In this document: in pieces, positions 52,565 to 63,962 of the stretch | How the letters are laid out: every line of letters starts with the position of its first letter | Numbering within the stretch: position 1 is the first letter of the stretch | Made by a program: the position numbers and the translations under genes | The notes under the pieces: model-generated | What the model saw: only the letters and a program-made list of their open reading frames with translations | The model's database searches: none | Told to the model about the DNA's origin: nothing | From: Aplysia californica | Taxonomy: Eukaryota | Direction: 5' to 3' | Assembly (NCBI RefSeq): GCF_000002075.1 | Contig: NW_004797546.1 | Location: forward strand, 618,939-682,900 | Length of the DNA: 63,962 nt

Positions 52565-52810
52565 GAGCCCAGGGGAAAAACAGGCAGTCAGAAACTGGAA
52601 ATTGTGGGTGCATCAATTTTAAACGCTTTTGGACTCGAAGACTTCATATTTGTTTGACTGGTGGTTTATTGCTATGATTATTGAATGGGAAATCTAACAC
52701 AATAATGAACCAACAGTTGAACAGAATTACAGTTATGAGTCAACAAGCGTTTAAAATTGATACTCTCATGATTTTCAGTTTGTGCCTATTCTCATTTTTC
52801 ATGTGTTCTC
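52565..52810. mobile_element. Short fold-back element with ~70-bp imperfect inverted repeats
   Basis: ..ATCAATTTTAAACGCTT..GACTC mirrors GAGTC..AAGCGTTTAAAATTGAT.. Confidence 0.55.
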
Positions 52811-53014
52811 ATATGTTTATAATGTAGTCTAAAGATAACACTTTGAACCCCTGCCATTCTAAATCATATCTCATGGTACCCGGAACATGACTACGTTTTA
52901 ACACTACAATTCTACTGAAACTGGCAGAGATGAGAAGAACTCTCTCAGCGGACAATAGCATTGCTCAACATGCCACATACATTTTTATTCTTAATACACA
53001 GTCACATTAGTTGT

Positions 53015-53017
<3 letters not shown>

Positions 53018-53048
<31 letters not shown>
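53018..53048. repeat. (CA)n microsatellite
   Basis: Direct reading. Confidence 0.95.
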
Positions 53049-53053
<5 letters not shown>

Positions 53054-56000
53054 AACATACCAGTAGAAGTCAGAGCACTGCTCAAACATGCTCACATCAC
53101 TTTAAATTCATCACACAACATATAATTTAATATAAACAAAAGGCCGACAGATGCACAAAATAAAATATAGACGGACAAAAAAAATGCTCTGTACAATTAC
53201 AGGACAACTGACAACTGGTGGCTTTCCAAGGCAAACAGTAGGCCTACAACATATTCAAATCTTGTATGTATATATAACAAATTTTTTAACAACAAGCAGA
53301 ATCGACATACTCTTGTGCATACAACATTTATCATAATATCCTACTTTGTAATTCTTTAAAAAGACAAACAGAAAAAACCCAAGAACGATATACCGGTAGT
53401 AATCAAGAGCTCACACTGAGGTACGTAAAGTCTAGGCAGCTCAACAGGAATACAAAGACAAATAAAACGCGCAAAATTAAGGGACAATGATTCCTTACAC
53501 TTATCAGCCAGGATCATAAATCTACATTCCACAGAATAAAATAAACATAAAGGAGTGAGAGATGCAAAGTTGGCACTAAATAAAAATTATTGGTCTTGTC
53601 CCTTGAGTAGACAGTCTTTTTACTTAACAATGCCAGTTCACATTCTCACAGTGTTCCTCATCTTTCCGCACACTTCAATTTACACACATAACAAAATCAT
53701 GCATTTGTGACTCATTAATAGGCAAATGTATACAATGCTAAAGTAGAATGCTGGATTTATTGTATGAGAGTGAAAATAATGAACTTGTGAGATGATGGTT
53801 TATGAGTCAAGAATCAAATGGTATTGAGTACATTGTTTTTGTAGCTAATAAAACATTACGACGTTATGCCTGCAAGTCTTCACTGCTATTACAAACTCAG
53901 TCTGATGATAGCTAAAAGGGTGTAAGCTGGGGAGGGGGGGGGGTGTTTCAGAGAGATATAAATGATGCTGTTTGCACTGTAACAGAATCATAGAGACTGA
54001 AATGTGATTCTTCAGGACAATAAAAATTAAGAGATCCATGCAGCTGAACAGAGGATGAGCTGTCAATTTTGTCAAACAGGTCACCGTATTCTAAAATCTT
54101 TGCACTACATGAAATGTTCTGCACACATTTACAATAGTATTACAAGTTGACAAAACAAGCATAACTATGAAGTTTGTTACAAAGGATATTGTAATCTACA
54201 TTATGGGTTCCACCTAGAGCACAGCAAAAAAGTGGCAGTATACCGGCTGAATTACTCCTGTAATAGACCAGCCAAAAAGGTAGGATCAGAACCTGACAAT
54301 TTATTTAGAGGCTAGCACCCATATACTGGACAAACTTCTAATTTTGTAAAAATTGCAACTTTTCCACATAGAGCTTATAAATGAGTACAATTAGGATCCT
54401 TTAAAAAATTTTACTCTACTTTATCAACAAAATTTAGACTATTAATGAGGTGGTCTTTTTCGATCCTGCCTGTCCGTGCCAATCGAGGCTGAGTGAGACT
54501 CAGAATCCCATCAGAAACACGACTTCCCCAAACTGGAATCAAATTCATATACTGTGCATGCAAGGAGAGAGGACTAACCATTACACCATAGACTCCGGTA
54601 AGCAAATTTATTAACCATTAGATCTAACTCTTGTAACGACATAGAAAAAAATGAACTCTATAACCCGGAGTGGACGTCCCAGCGTCCAGTCAGATTATGG
54701 AGTGCATGAAGCATTACTGCTAATGCAATCTCTTACAAATCTGAATAGGTTTATTTTGACTCGGAAGTGTTAGATAAATGTATAAACTACTTCCTTTTTC
54801 ACTTTGACACAATTTTAGATATTTTAAAAATATTTTTCGTGAATGCCTCGTTATGTGTTTCACAATATCTGGAACAAATTCTGCCAAAATGTGGAAAATA
54901 ATTCTGGAGCTAAAGAGTCAAGCAATAGCCAAGTTGCTAAGCAAAGTTGAAAGTGGTAAACAAAATTCTTCTACTACAAAGTAACAGTTCAGCAACACAC
55001 AATCTGATACTGTTAAGACAGGAGTATTTACTGTATGCAGAGGTGGGCGATTACGCCGTCAGTTCACGTGGCAATACATTTAGGTATCACAGAAACACAA
55101 AAATTAAAGAAACTCTGAGGTTCTTAGAATAACGTCGAGGTCTGCACCGAGCCCGTCAGATTGAGATGTTACTCTTCCTAAAACTAAAAGTGAAAGGGCA
55201 GAGTTTTGATGAGGATACAATGTTTCCTTTCTGCACACTAAAGCAAGTGCATTGTACATCACTTTCACCTGAAAATCTCTTGATCATGCACAATTCATAT
55301 TTACTATTGAGCACGAACATACAATTTCCTCTGTGATTTTTAGACTTCCACTTTTAACAGTGCTGCATCGCATTGACTTGATAGTTTTCTCATTCATAAC
55401 ACCAACAGGTCTCACAGATCTGAACTATTTCTCAGCTCCAAGGTACTTATCCTGATGATAAAGCATTCTTGTACTTCTGTACACTAGATCTCAACTTCCA
55501 ATAGAAAAATAAAATCTCATCAGTGTCGAAATCTGACATCTCAAATGCATCAGAGTAATGAGGATACATTGAGCAATCTTACATTAAAGGAATACATAGG
55601 CCTACTCCGTATATGAAAAGGAATGAGTCTTGATGAGGACAGGAAGTTTACGGTGTCAGTGATGTGACATTATGATTCTACATCAATGTACAAATATCAT
55701 GAAGCATGAATAATGTAAGTTTACTGAAAATGCTCATACAACTCAGTTATTGCAGGTGGCTCTTGTATTCTATTAGACCTCAAAACTGCTTTATCATAAA
55801 CAGATGCAAAAGGTTCTTTCCATATGCAATGGGAGAGGTGTAGCAGTTTACCATCTATAAAGTTGGGACAGTATGCATGCACATATATACCATATATTAT
55901 GTATATAGAGGCCCAGCCAACTTTCCTGGATATTCACTTCATCAAAGCTTCTCCACAGGAGCACAAAGACAGACAGATGGGAGCACTGTGGTTCTTTCCA

Positions 56001-56137
56001 TGCTTGAGGCTGCCTCTCTTACTAGAACTTCGCATCATGTACAGAACACACACACATAAACAGTGTACGGTAGGGGGTCAAGGGAAGGAGACAGAAAAGT
56101 CACAACATTGAGCCTGGGAAGAATTTAGTGACCGTCT

Positions 56138-59100
56138 TCAAGCCGTTGTCTCACTTGATCTGAATGGGGGGAAGAGAGAAAATAAACAAACAAATGCACC
56201 TAAAAGTAGGACTTTGATTTTAATGCACTTCTCGACGACCAAAACGAAAAAACGATCAATGTTTGGAGTTTCCAGATTTAGAGAACACCATATTTTCAAG
56301 TTTTAAACACACTGGAATTTGATTGTATTTTATATTACTACACCTACATTCTCACAAAAAATAATGTAAATCATAGAAGTAAGTACTGTAGTGCATTCGC
56401 TAAAAGGAAATACGTCAAGAGTTTCAAGTTTGTGACTTTAGATAATTTTTCTACTGTGGTCTTCCTGTGGGGACGGAAAAATATGCCCACAGTTTGTAGA
56501 GCAAAAGACAACTTTCTATGTACCTGATCAGATTACCGCTGTCACAAGAAAAACGAAGAGCTCAAATTTTTTTGCAACAGGGTAAGAGTTGAGCATTTTC
56601 ACTGCAAGAGCAACAAAAGGTTGTTTCACATTGCCCATGTTTTGAGGAATCATTTATTTTCCCATATTGACCACACGACACTTTTTTTTAAAATGTCAAC
56701 ATTTACACCTACATCATTTTCTTTCTTCTTTCTTTCTTTTACTTGTATTCCTTTCCTCATAAAACCAAGAGACAGGAAGCTGTTTGTGTATTTAGTTCAC
56801 ATCATTCATGTAAAAGCTGGATAATATCAGAATGACTCGTGAAGACTACATAAGTTTTACAAGTTCTATTCCACAACCTCAATGACAGCAAGATTGTGCC
56901 AGAGTCATAGCTCTATTTTCACCAAAAGTCTGAGCCTTAACATTCTCTTTAAAAAATCCAAAGCACAAATCAAACTGCAGACCTCAAACCCAGCGGGTGA
57001 GCACACTACAACTACACCATACAGAAGTGTAGAAATATCACACCTCCCTCCTTACCCATACCCCTGTAAAAATGTTAAGGTGAGTATTTTCTTATGTACC
57101 TATATACGTAAATCTACGCACGGGTAGGAAGACAATTGTCTGACATGACATTCCTGTGGCCCCCAAAAAATGAAAAGTCTCACCACATTACTCCCAAGCC
57201 CAAAAATTGATATATAATAAATATCCATGCATCAGACCCATTTTGGCAATGTTATTTCTAATGGGCATACAATATCCTTACACATTAATCCTTAATCAAC
57301 ATTTCTGTCACATCTTACTGCTCTTACGAACTTGAAATCTTACAAAGAGAATCTGAACAGGAAAAGCATAACGACAAAACAACAAAGAAAACTAATAATT
57401 AAAAAAGCACAAAGCAATGAAATATAAAAATCTCAATATTTGTCTCCACCAACGCCAGAAGAGAGTATAAATCTAAAACTAGTATTGTTTGAAAGAAACA
57501 CTACATTGATCAGATGAGACAGAAAGAGTTAAAAAACAATGTCAGAAAGTTAGTATCCTTTATCATATGGGGCTTTGGCACACTCATTAATCAATGTGAC
57601 AAAAAGATAACTAACTGAAGCATGGAAAATACTTTACAAGAAAAAATATTGTTTTCAATCCGATAAAATAAAATTAAACATGTTACAATACATTTACATT
57701 GATTTAGACTGTACAATTGGACTGCATTTTAAACATTTATTTCACTGCCAAATGACTGAACTCAGAAACATTATTATATATAACAGATAAGTTGGACTCC
57801 TATTGTTTTGCTAATTGTCATAATCACAATTTGTCAAAAACTTGTGTAGTATGACAATAAAAGATCTAGTCTTTATAACATCCTAAAAAATGAAGCACAC
57901 CACATTCAAGGCTGTGTGTCTTACAGTCAAATGCCTATAAACACAGTAGTAAAAACTATGTCTTTGCACGATACTTATTAGACCAAATTGAACTTGGGCT
58001 AAGAGTACGAGTAATTTTTTTAAAACCTAAGCAAAACAGCATACTGGTAAAGCAATACAAAATTGAGGTATCTTATTGAAGCAATGTGCTCAAGAATTTT
58101 GATACAATATTTTACTCAATGCATGCTGCCTTTTTAGAAAACAAATAGTGGTAAACAAAGGGACACAACTGAGAAGCACCACATGTGAAGGTCTTGCCTT
58201 ATGGTGAAAAAAAAACACCCACAGAAAACAAAGAATAACTTTATCTTTTAAAAAAAAAGGTGAAAATGTTCATAACTACTCAAGAGCCCAGCGGAAACAA
58301 TTAGCATAATAGAGAGTAGCAGTGCCCAAAGTCTGTGTACAAGAGAAGGTGAGAGAAATCCTAAATACTGCTACAAGACCTAATCTTTTTGAACTACAGA
58401 TGTACAAATTAGAGTTAATGTTAATCTCAATAAAAATTCTCTTTGTAATAAGAAGCAGAAACTCAACACTGAACCATACAAATGCAGTGCGGCACAGATA
58501 TAAGAAGGCACCAGTAAATCAAAGTGGGTTGACTACACATTCCCAAACATTTCAGAATTGACAGCACACTAAGCAAGGCCTCCCACAACCATAAAAGCAT
58601 TGCACACAAACAAGTTAGTATGTCAGATGAAAGCATATCATATTTGAATGAATTAAGCGATTAACAAATAGTATCATAAATAAACATTTTAATAAACCAA
58701 AACATGGAAAGTGGGTGAAGTGAAGTTTACAATTCTTGCCCCCTCCATAAAAATACCCAACCTGGAAGGAGGCTGCTTTTTGCACTCCTGGTTACAACTC
58801 CACAGAAAGCAATGAAACAGACTATGTCTGTGAGGAGCAAAACAGCACATTAACTCCTTATCTCTGGTAAGCCACTCGGGCATATTCCTAAACGACGACT
58901 TCAACATCAAATTACTTTTCATCAATTGCTAAAAACCGATCTCTTTTACCAGGCGTTCATTCATTAAATGAAGAACTATCAAAATAAGTCTACTTGTTTT
59001 GATTTAATGACCAATTTAGTGACGTTTTTGTCATTTTTAGACTTAGTACCAATTAGTACCAAGAAAGGGACCCGGCGTGGTAGGTTTACCCCCACCACCA

Positions 59101-62100
59101 CCACCACCTACCGAGATAAAAACTGCTCACAAACTAACTCGGACCTTAAGATTTCAGATTCTATTACAATTTACAAGTCAAAACCAAGGCAATCACTATG
59201 AAGCTCCCTGTGGTTGAGTGATTTTTTATCATCGAATCACAAGCAAAGTCAAGCAATGCTGGCAATTTAGTATGTAAATGGGTGGTCTTTGTGGGTGTGT
59301 GTACTTGAGCAAGACAAGTTAATCCTAGCTTTTAAATCAGGGCATTGTAGTCTGGTGATCATCAAAAGGTGATAGTGCGATTGAACTGAACGTACTTTGG
59401 AGAGAGAAAATGAATGATCAGGATGTTTAAGTATTTATCCTTGTTACAGTTACCAAATTCTCCACCAGAATAAAAGAAGTCATCTTTCACTTATAAAAAA
59501 ATCTTATTGACCTGTAAGACATTAAAACTTGTGAAATGCGGGATCTTAGCCAAATGTAGACCTTCAGGGTCAATCAGAGCGGGATCTTAGGGGTGACTTT
59601 TGTATAGAAAAAATTCTGTTTTCTTAAAACAGCGGGATCTTAAGCGAACCAGGATCGTAAGCGGTGGGATCTTTGGCGGAGACTACTACATTACATTTTT
59701 CAGCAAATAAATGAAAAGACACATAAAATATAAAGCTTGGCACACGATAAAAATCTTGCTGGCACACTCAACAAATATTTGCAGCAGCAGCAACAATCCT
59801 TTTTATTTGCCAGCAGTCAAATATCAAAGTCCAGAAACACAGCTGAATATAATTCTGTCCATTTAAGTTACAAATCAAGAGTGTGTGTGTGCTCAAATTA
59901 AGCCAAATATAGACAGAAATACAATTTTGTCTTCTCTATGTTATGGTAATACAATTCGAACTGAAGTAAAGATTAACAATAAGCAAAGTTACCAATGTCA
60001 CAAGTGTACAGACTAAACACACATTTCCTTGGATCTATGCTCTTCCATTGATTAATAATAAGTATTTTAAACATCACACCTCAAAGAACATAGATGGGGA
60101 TATTTTTCCTTTACGTAACCATTATAAAATTTATTTCACTGTAACAGAGCCAGCAACAGTGGAAATACAAACTTTTTAGGAATTCCTACTTCTTTACAGT
60201 TCCTACACCATGAAAAATCAATAATAGATTAAGTAAGGTTTACAAAAAAAAAGCAAAAGAAAGGAAAAAAATTGAATCATTCCAAATATTTAATAATAAC
60301 TAGCAATAAACTTTCAGCAAATAAGCTATCAGCAACCTCGACTGCATCATGTTCCATTGACTATTTCATTACTACAGTTCTTAGAGAGTACGAAGCATAG
60401 CAAAGAGCCAAGACAGCAGCAGAGTGAAGCTTTGGTCTACTTGTCTAGAGTTATTACAAGTGCAGCTAATTGCAGGATAAGAAGCCATTTAAATGGTGCA
60501 CACTACAGCCCATATACATCTCCTATGTGCGATGTGTGATATCAAGCCAATTGATCGCAACCATCACCAAGAAAGATAATGTCTTTAAAACTAATGATTT
60601 ATACCAAAGATAGTACAAGACAAGATGGGCCACTTCTCTCTTTGAGCCAATTAAAAAAGTGTCCTCAAAATTTGGTGGCGCCCTCTTCACAAAAACGCAC
60701 TCTTTGCGAACAGAGTTACCCTACTTGAGTTTTAAAAAATCAAAGTGAAACTAGCAAGTTTTGGGATAAATTTCAGAAGAACGCTTTTTAAAAATGGTTA
60801 CGCTGACAAAAAACCTCTTCCGGAGGAAAAGGAGATGGTTTTCTTCGTTTAATTTGACTTTAGAATGAAGGGCGAGAGGTCATTAAAATTTTAAAAACCT
60901 AAAACTCCGCACTGAACATACCCGAACTGCTGATGAACAGCAGTCGATCTGCGCACGCAAGGAGGTGCTATTCCTATTCTTCTTCTGGAAAAACGAAAGA
61001 GAGCTTCAAAACAGACTGCAGCGCCATCTGAAGCAAAGAGCATACTTCCTGAGGACACTTTTTAGGCTGAGTGGCCCATCTTGTCTTGTACTATCTTTGT
61101 TTATATACAATGACTATGAGGGTATTGGACATGAGATATCACCACTATGGGTTGGAGGACAGGGGGGAGGGCAATATGATTCAAGTTCACATGCACCCCA
61201 TGTGTGATGTGCAATGCAAATGGGAGAGACGATGAAGCAAGCGAGGATGAAGACGACTGTTTTGAGCTGTGAACGTTTCATCGACGACGAACATCACAAT
61301 GAATAATGCAGGCACGGCCGTCACCAAAGTTAATAATGACGTTGATGACGATGACGAAGATGATTTTGATGAGGGTGATGAATTTTGTTGACATCTGCCT
61401 TGAAGAGGTTGATGCCTGTTCCAATACAACCTGTTCCCAAAGGATATGACGCTGAATCTCAAAGAACGATGATAACGATGATGATGATGATGATGATAAT
61501 GACGAAGATGGCAACACCGACAATCCTTCAAGATGACTTTGGCAAAGATGATTGCGATGGCACAGTAGCTCACAGATGAAGAAAAAAATGACTGTTCATG
61601 ATTTGAGAGTCCCGACTTACTCCGAGTCTGAGGATATGCTGCCGTTGTGTGTGAGGACCTGCACTGTGTTGGACGGCTGTCGTGGGCTGCTCGCCGGTGG
61701 TGGGTACGGCAGGCTGTCCGACCTCACTGGGGGCAGCACCGGACGACCTGAACAAACAACATATATATATGTAACACATAAACAGTGTCTTTTTTAAGTT
61801 TGGTAGACCTAATCAAACAAAACGGATATATACTTTTAGTTTAGTTTTAGTAGAGGTTTTATGGCGCTCCCAACTGCATACGATCATAAGAGCGTCAAAA
61901 GATTACAGGTGTTACAAGAGAATAACAGACATAAAAAAGAAGGGAAGATAAGGACGATAGATGTTTCATAGGAAAGAAGAAGCAAACCACACCAGAGCAC
62001 CCGCCTACCACCCACAGATATATACTTACAAAGTCACTGGACGACCAAAGCAAAAATAATCAAACCTAAAAAATATCTTTTAGTGCCGTACGACCAAAGC

Positions 62101-63885
62101 AAACACAACATAATTACAAAAAAAAAGCTCTTTCACATCAATTTTTTTTAAGGGGAGGAGGGTGGATATCAATACAAAAGATCAAAACTGCAGCATTTAC
62201 CATCATTCACAATCGTACATAGTACAACTAGCTTCTATAGTTAACTGCTAATTAAAGATGTGATTTCTCCATTTATACTTAGCAGTCTCAATCGAATGTC
62301 TGGCTATTTTCACAGGGAGCCACTATTCTCTCCCCGTTGTTTGATAATACTTTTTAAAAAATATTTAAAACTCAGTACCTGTTGTCTAAAGACCAAGCAA
62401 AAGTATCTTCTTTTTCAAACATCTATGACAAAGACTCAAGTCTGAATCTGAGACATTAGCCTTGATGGAGATAAAAGGGTAAAAAAATAATCAAGTAATA
62501 AACTTTAAAAGTTGAGAAGACATTTTTATGCTTCTAAGAAGTCTATTGTCTCTTCCTCCAAGGCATGAAAAAGGCAGGCTCACTGTGTAAAGTAGACAGA
62601 GTGACATCAGGAGGGTTGGGACCCAGTGGGGGTGGTGGGATCATCCTCCTGCCTCCAGGACTCTCGTTGCCATGGTATTCCTCCAGTGGGACATCTGGGG
62701 GATGATAAACAAAATGAATGAATAGATTTCAGCTATATAGCGCAAGTCCACTAGGACTAGGAAAATGCTCAAAATGTTTTATATAATGAGACAAAGAACA
62801 TGTGCCCGGTGCTGTTCCAGTTCCAATAGTGATCTTTTCTCTCCATCTCTTTCTCTCTCTCTCTCTCTTTCTGTCTTGCTTTCTCTCCAGTACATGATTG
62901 AATACAGACAGTCCCAATTAAAAGGTAAGAAGATTAACAATGTGAACATTGAGTAAAATACCAATATCACCCACAATCCTTTACGAGAGATATAGGCAAA
63001 TAGCCTACAGTCAAACCTACCCAGACCTTCACTAATTGGGACTTCAGAAGGAAACGATTTTTATTTTTTATTTAATCAGTCCTGCCTACGATGGCCACCT
63101 GTTTAATACCACCACTTTTCTCCAAAACAATGGGTGGCCGTCGAAGACAATTTCAACTGTATTTCAACAGCAGAAGCAAAAAGTACAAATCATCCACCAA
63201 CTTCTCATCCAAAAAACACAATCCAGAAAAGAAATCACATGATCCTTAAAACAAATAAAAGAGCAGCACCTACCCTCAGCATTATTCCCAAGTCGTTCTC
63301 TCTCTTTGTCTTTTTTCATCTTTTCTATCTGCTCTAAGGCTTGCTCTGAAATTAAAAAAAAAAAAATTCTGTATCAATAAATTATCATCTAAAATTTGGT
63401 GTAGGTGAAGTCCATTAACAGGATAACAGTCATTTCAACAGAGGAAAGCAAGACAGATGGAGAGACAGAAACTGAAAAAGAATATGTAAAAGTGGAACCC
63501 TCATTAAACAACAAAATTCTAAAAACTTCAAACCAGATTTAGAAAAAAAAAATTCCTGAGAAAACAATGGGAAAACTCTTTCAATTTCGGAACATACAAA
63601 AATATCATGAACAACAAACTCACACAAAAAGTCCAAATCAACAGTTAAAACAAAGGAGCAAATGACACCACAGCACCCGCCAACCACCCAGCTCAAATAT
63701 CGGGGTGTAAAACTGACCAACAGCCTTGCTTTTGGGGACCTGGTTCTCCCAGCCCGGGTTGAGGTCAAACTCGTCGTCTTCGTCGGACGAGTGACTGGAG
63801 GCCAGCTCCAGGCTGTTCCTGTCCATGCTGGCGTCGCTGTCAGAGTCCGAGTCATTGCCAGGTTTTCCTGTGCCATCACCCATCT
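56138..63885 (-). CDS. CELSR: Cytoplasmic tail of a CELSR/flamingo (starry night) adhesion GPCR, 5'-partial; exons 63885-63718, 63345-63274, 62694-62584, 61747-61621, 56159-56138
   Basis: Phase-consistent GT-AG exons. The conserved flamingo SE/D block DSDSDSDASMDRNSLELASSHSSDEDDE is present. The C-terminus ..NGSISSDSE/SSETTA* resembles flamingo/CELSR ..DSE..ETTV/ETSI ends. Confidence 0.85.
57344..57352 (-). CDS. Candidate 9-nt microexon / alternative penultimate exon of CELSR
   Basis: Long U-rich tract ..TATGCTTTTCCTGTTCAG|ATTCTCTTT|GTAAGA, frame-preserving in the phase-2 last intron. Further donors at 57327 and 57318. Confidence 0.5.
60605..61099. mobile_element. Non-autonomous P-element-like transposon, 495 bp
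   Basis: Perfect 30-bp TIRs CAAAGATAGTACAAGACAAGATGGGCCACT. Flanks TTTATAC / TTTATAT fit a 7-bp TSD with 1 mismatch. Confidence 0.85.
61215..61590. repeat. Degenerate (GAT/GAC)n low-complexity tract
   Basis: Imperfect trinucleotide repeats in the CELSR last intron. Confidence 0.7.
61834..62018 (-). mobile_element. 3'-end fragment of a non-LTR retroelement, copy 3
   Basis: Similar to 12226-12410. (TTTAG)n on plus is an (CTAAA)n tail on minus; stem GACGCTC/GAGCGCC. Confidence 0.7.
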
Positions 63886-63962
63886 CTGCCGAGAAATAAA
63901 ACAGGACGGTATGAGTTTGAATAAAGAGAACTTTAATAGCACAGTAACAGCCATTTTGTACA

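Noticed and set aside
60190-60215. Second possible CELSR microexon (GTAG|GAACT|GTAAAG, minus)
   Set aside because: Weak acceptor and donor, no UGC or tract support.
61187-61579. His/Ser/Met-rich ORFs
   Set aside because: They are translations of a degenerate (GAT)n repeat in an intron.
62666-62678. Strong X-box-like GTTGCCATGGTAT
   Set aside because: It lies inside a CELSR coding exon (codons YHGN on the minus strand), with no promoter context.
62729-62976. Minus-strand ORFs rich in ER/RE between CELSR exons
   Set aside because: They come from a (CT)n tract and have no convincing acceptor/donor pair; the flanking exons already join in phase.

Overview
Intron-rich, AT-rich animal genomic DNA, probably an invertebrate such as a gastropod (inferred from the repeat types). 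Four spliced genes were assembled by hand from GT-AG boundaries and phase continuity. They are MEIG1 (+, 2 coding exons, 93 aa), NAPEPLD (-, 6 coding exons, 396 aa), PMPCB/UQCRC1-type beta-MPP (+, 14 exons, 482 aa, head-to-head with NAPEPLD) and the 3' end of a CELSR/flamingo gene (-, runs off the right edge). A complete but mutated Ty3/Gypsy LTR retrotransposon (28400-33736, 5-bp TSD AATAA) lies in the inferred first intron of NAPEPLD. The window also has a nested RNase H-bearing LINE, many non-autonomous DNA transposons, microsatellites and two assembly gaps. Three observations stand out. (1) The LTR element has no tRNA primer-binding site; its PBS is complementary to the predicted 5' end of its own RNA in a Tf1-like fold, so it is a self-priming candidate without a chromodomain. 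(2) A candidate 9-nt microexon with three stacked donors could switch the CELSR C-terminus. (3) The NAPEPLD-PMPCB/UQCRC1-CELSR block looks like ancient microsynteny. No database searches were run; identities rest on recognised motifs.
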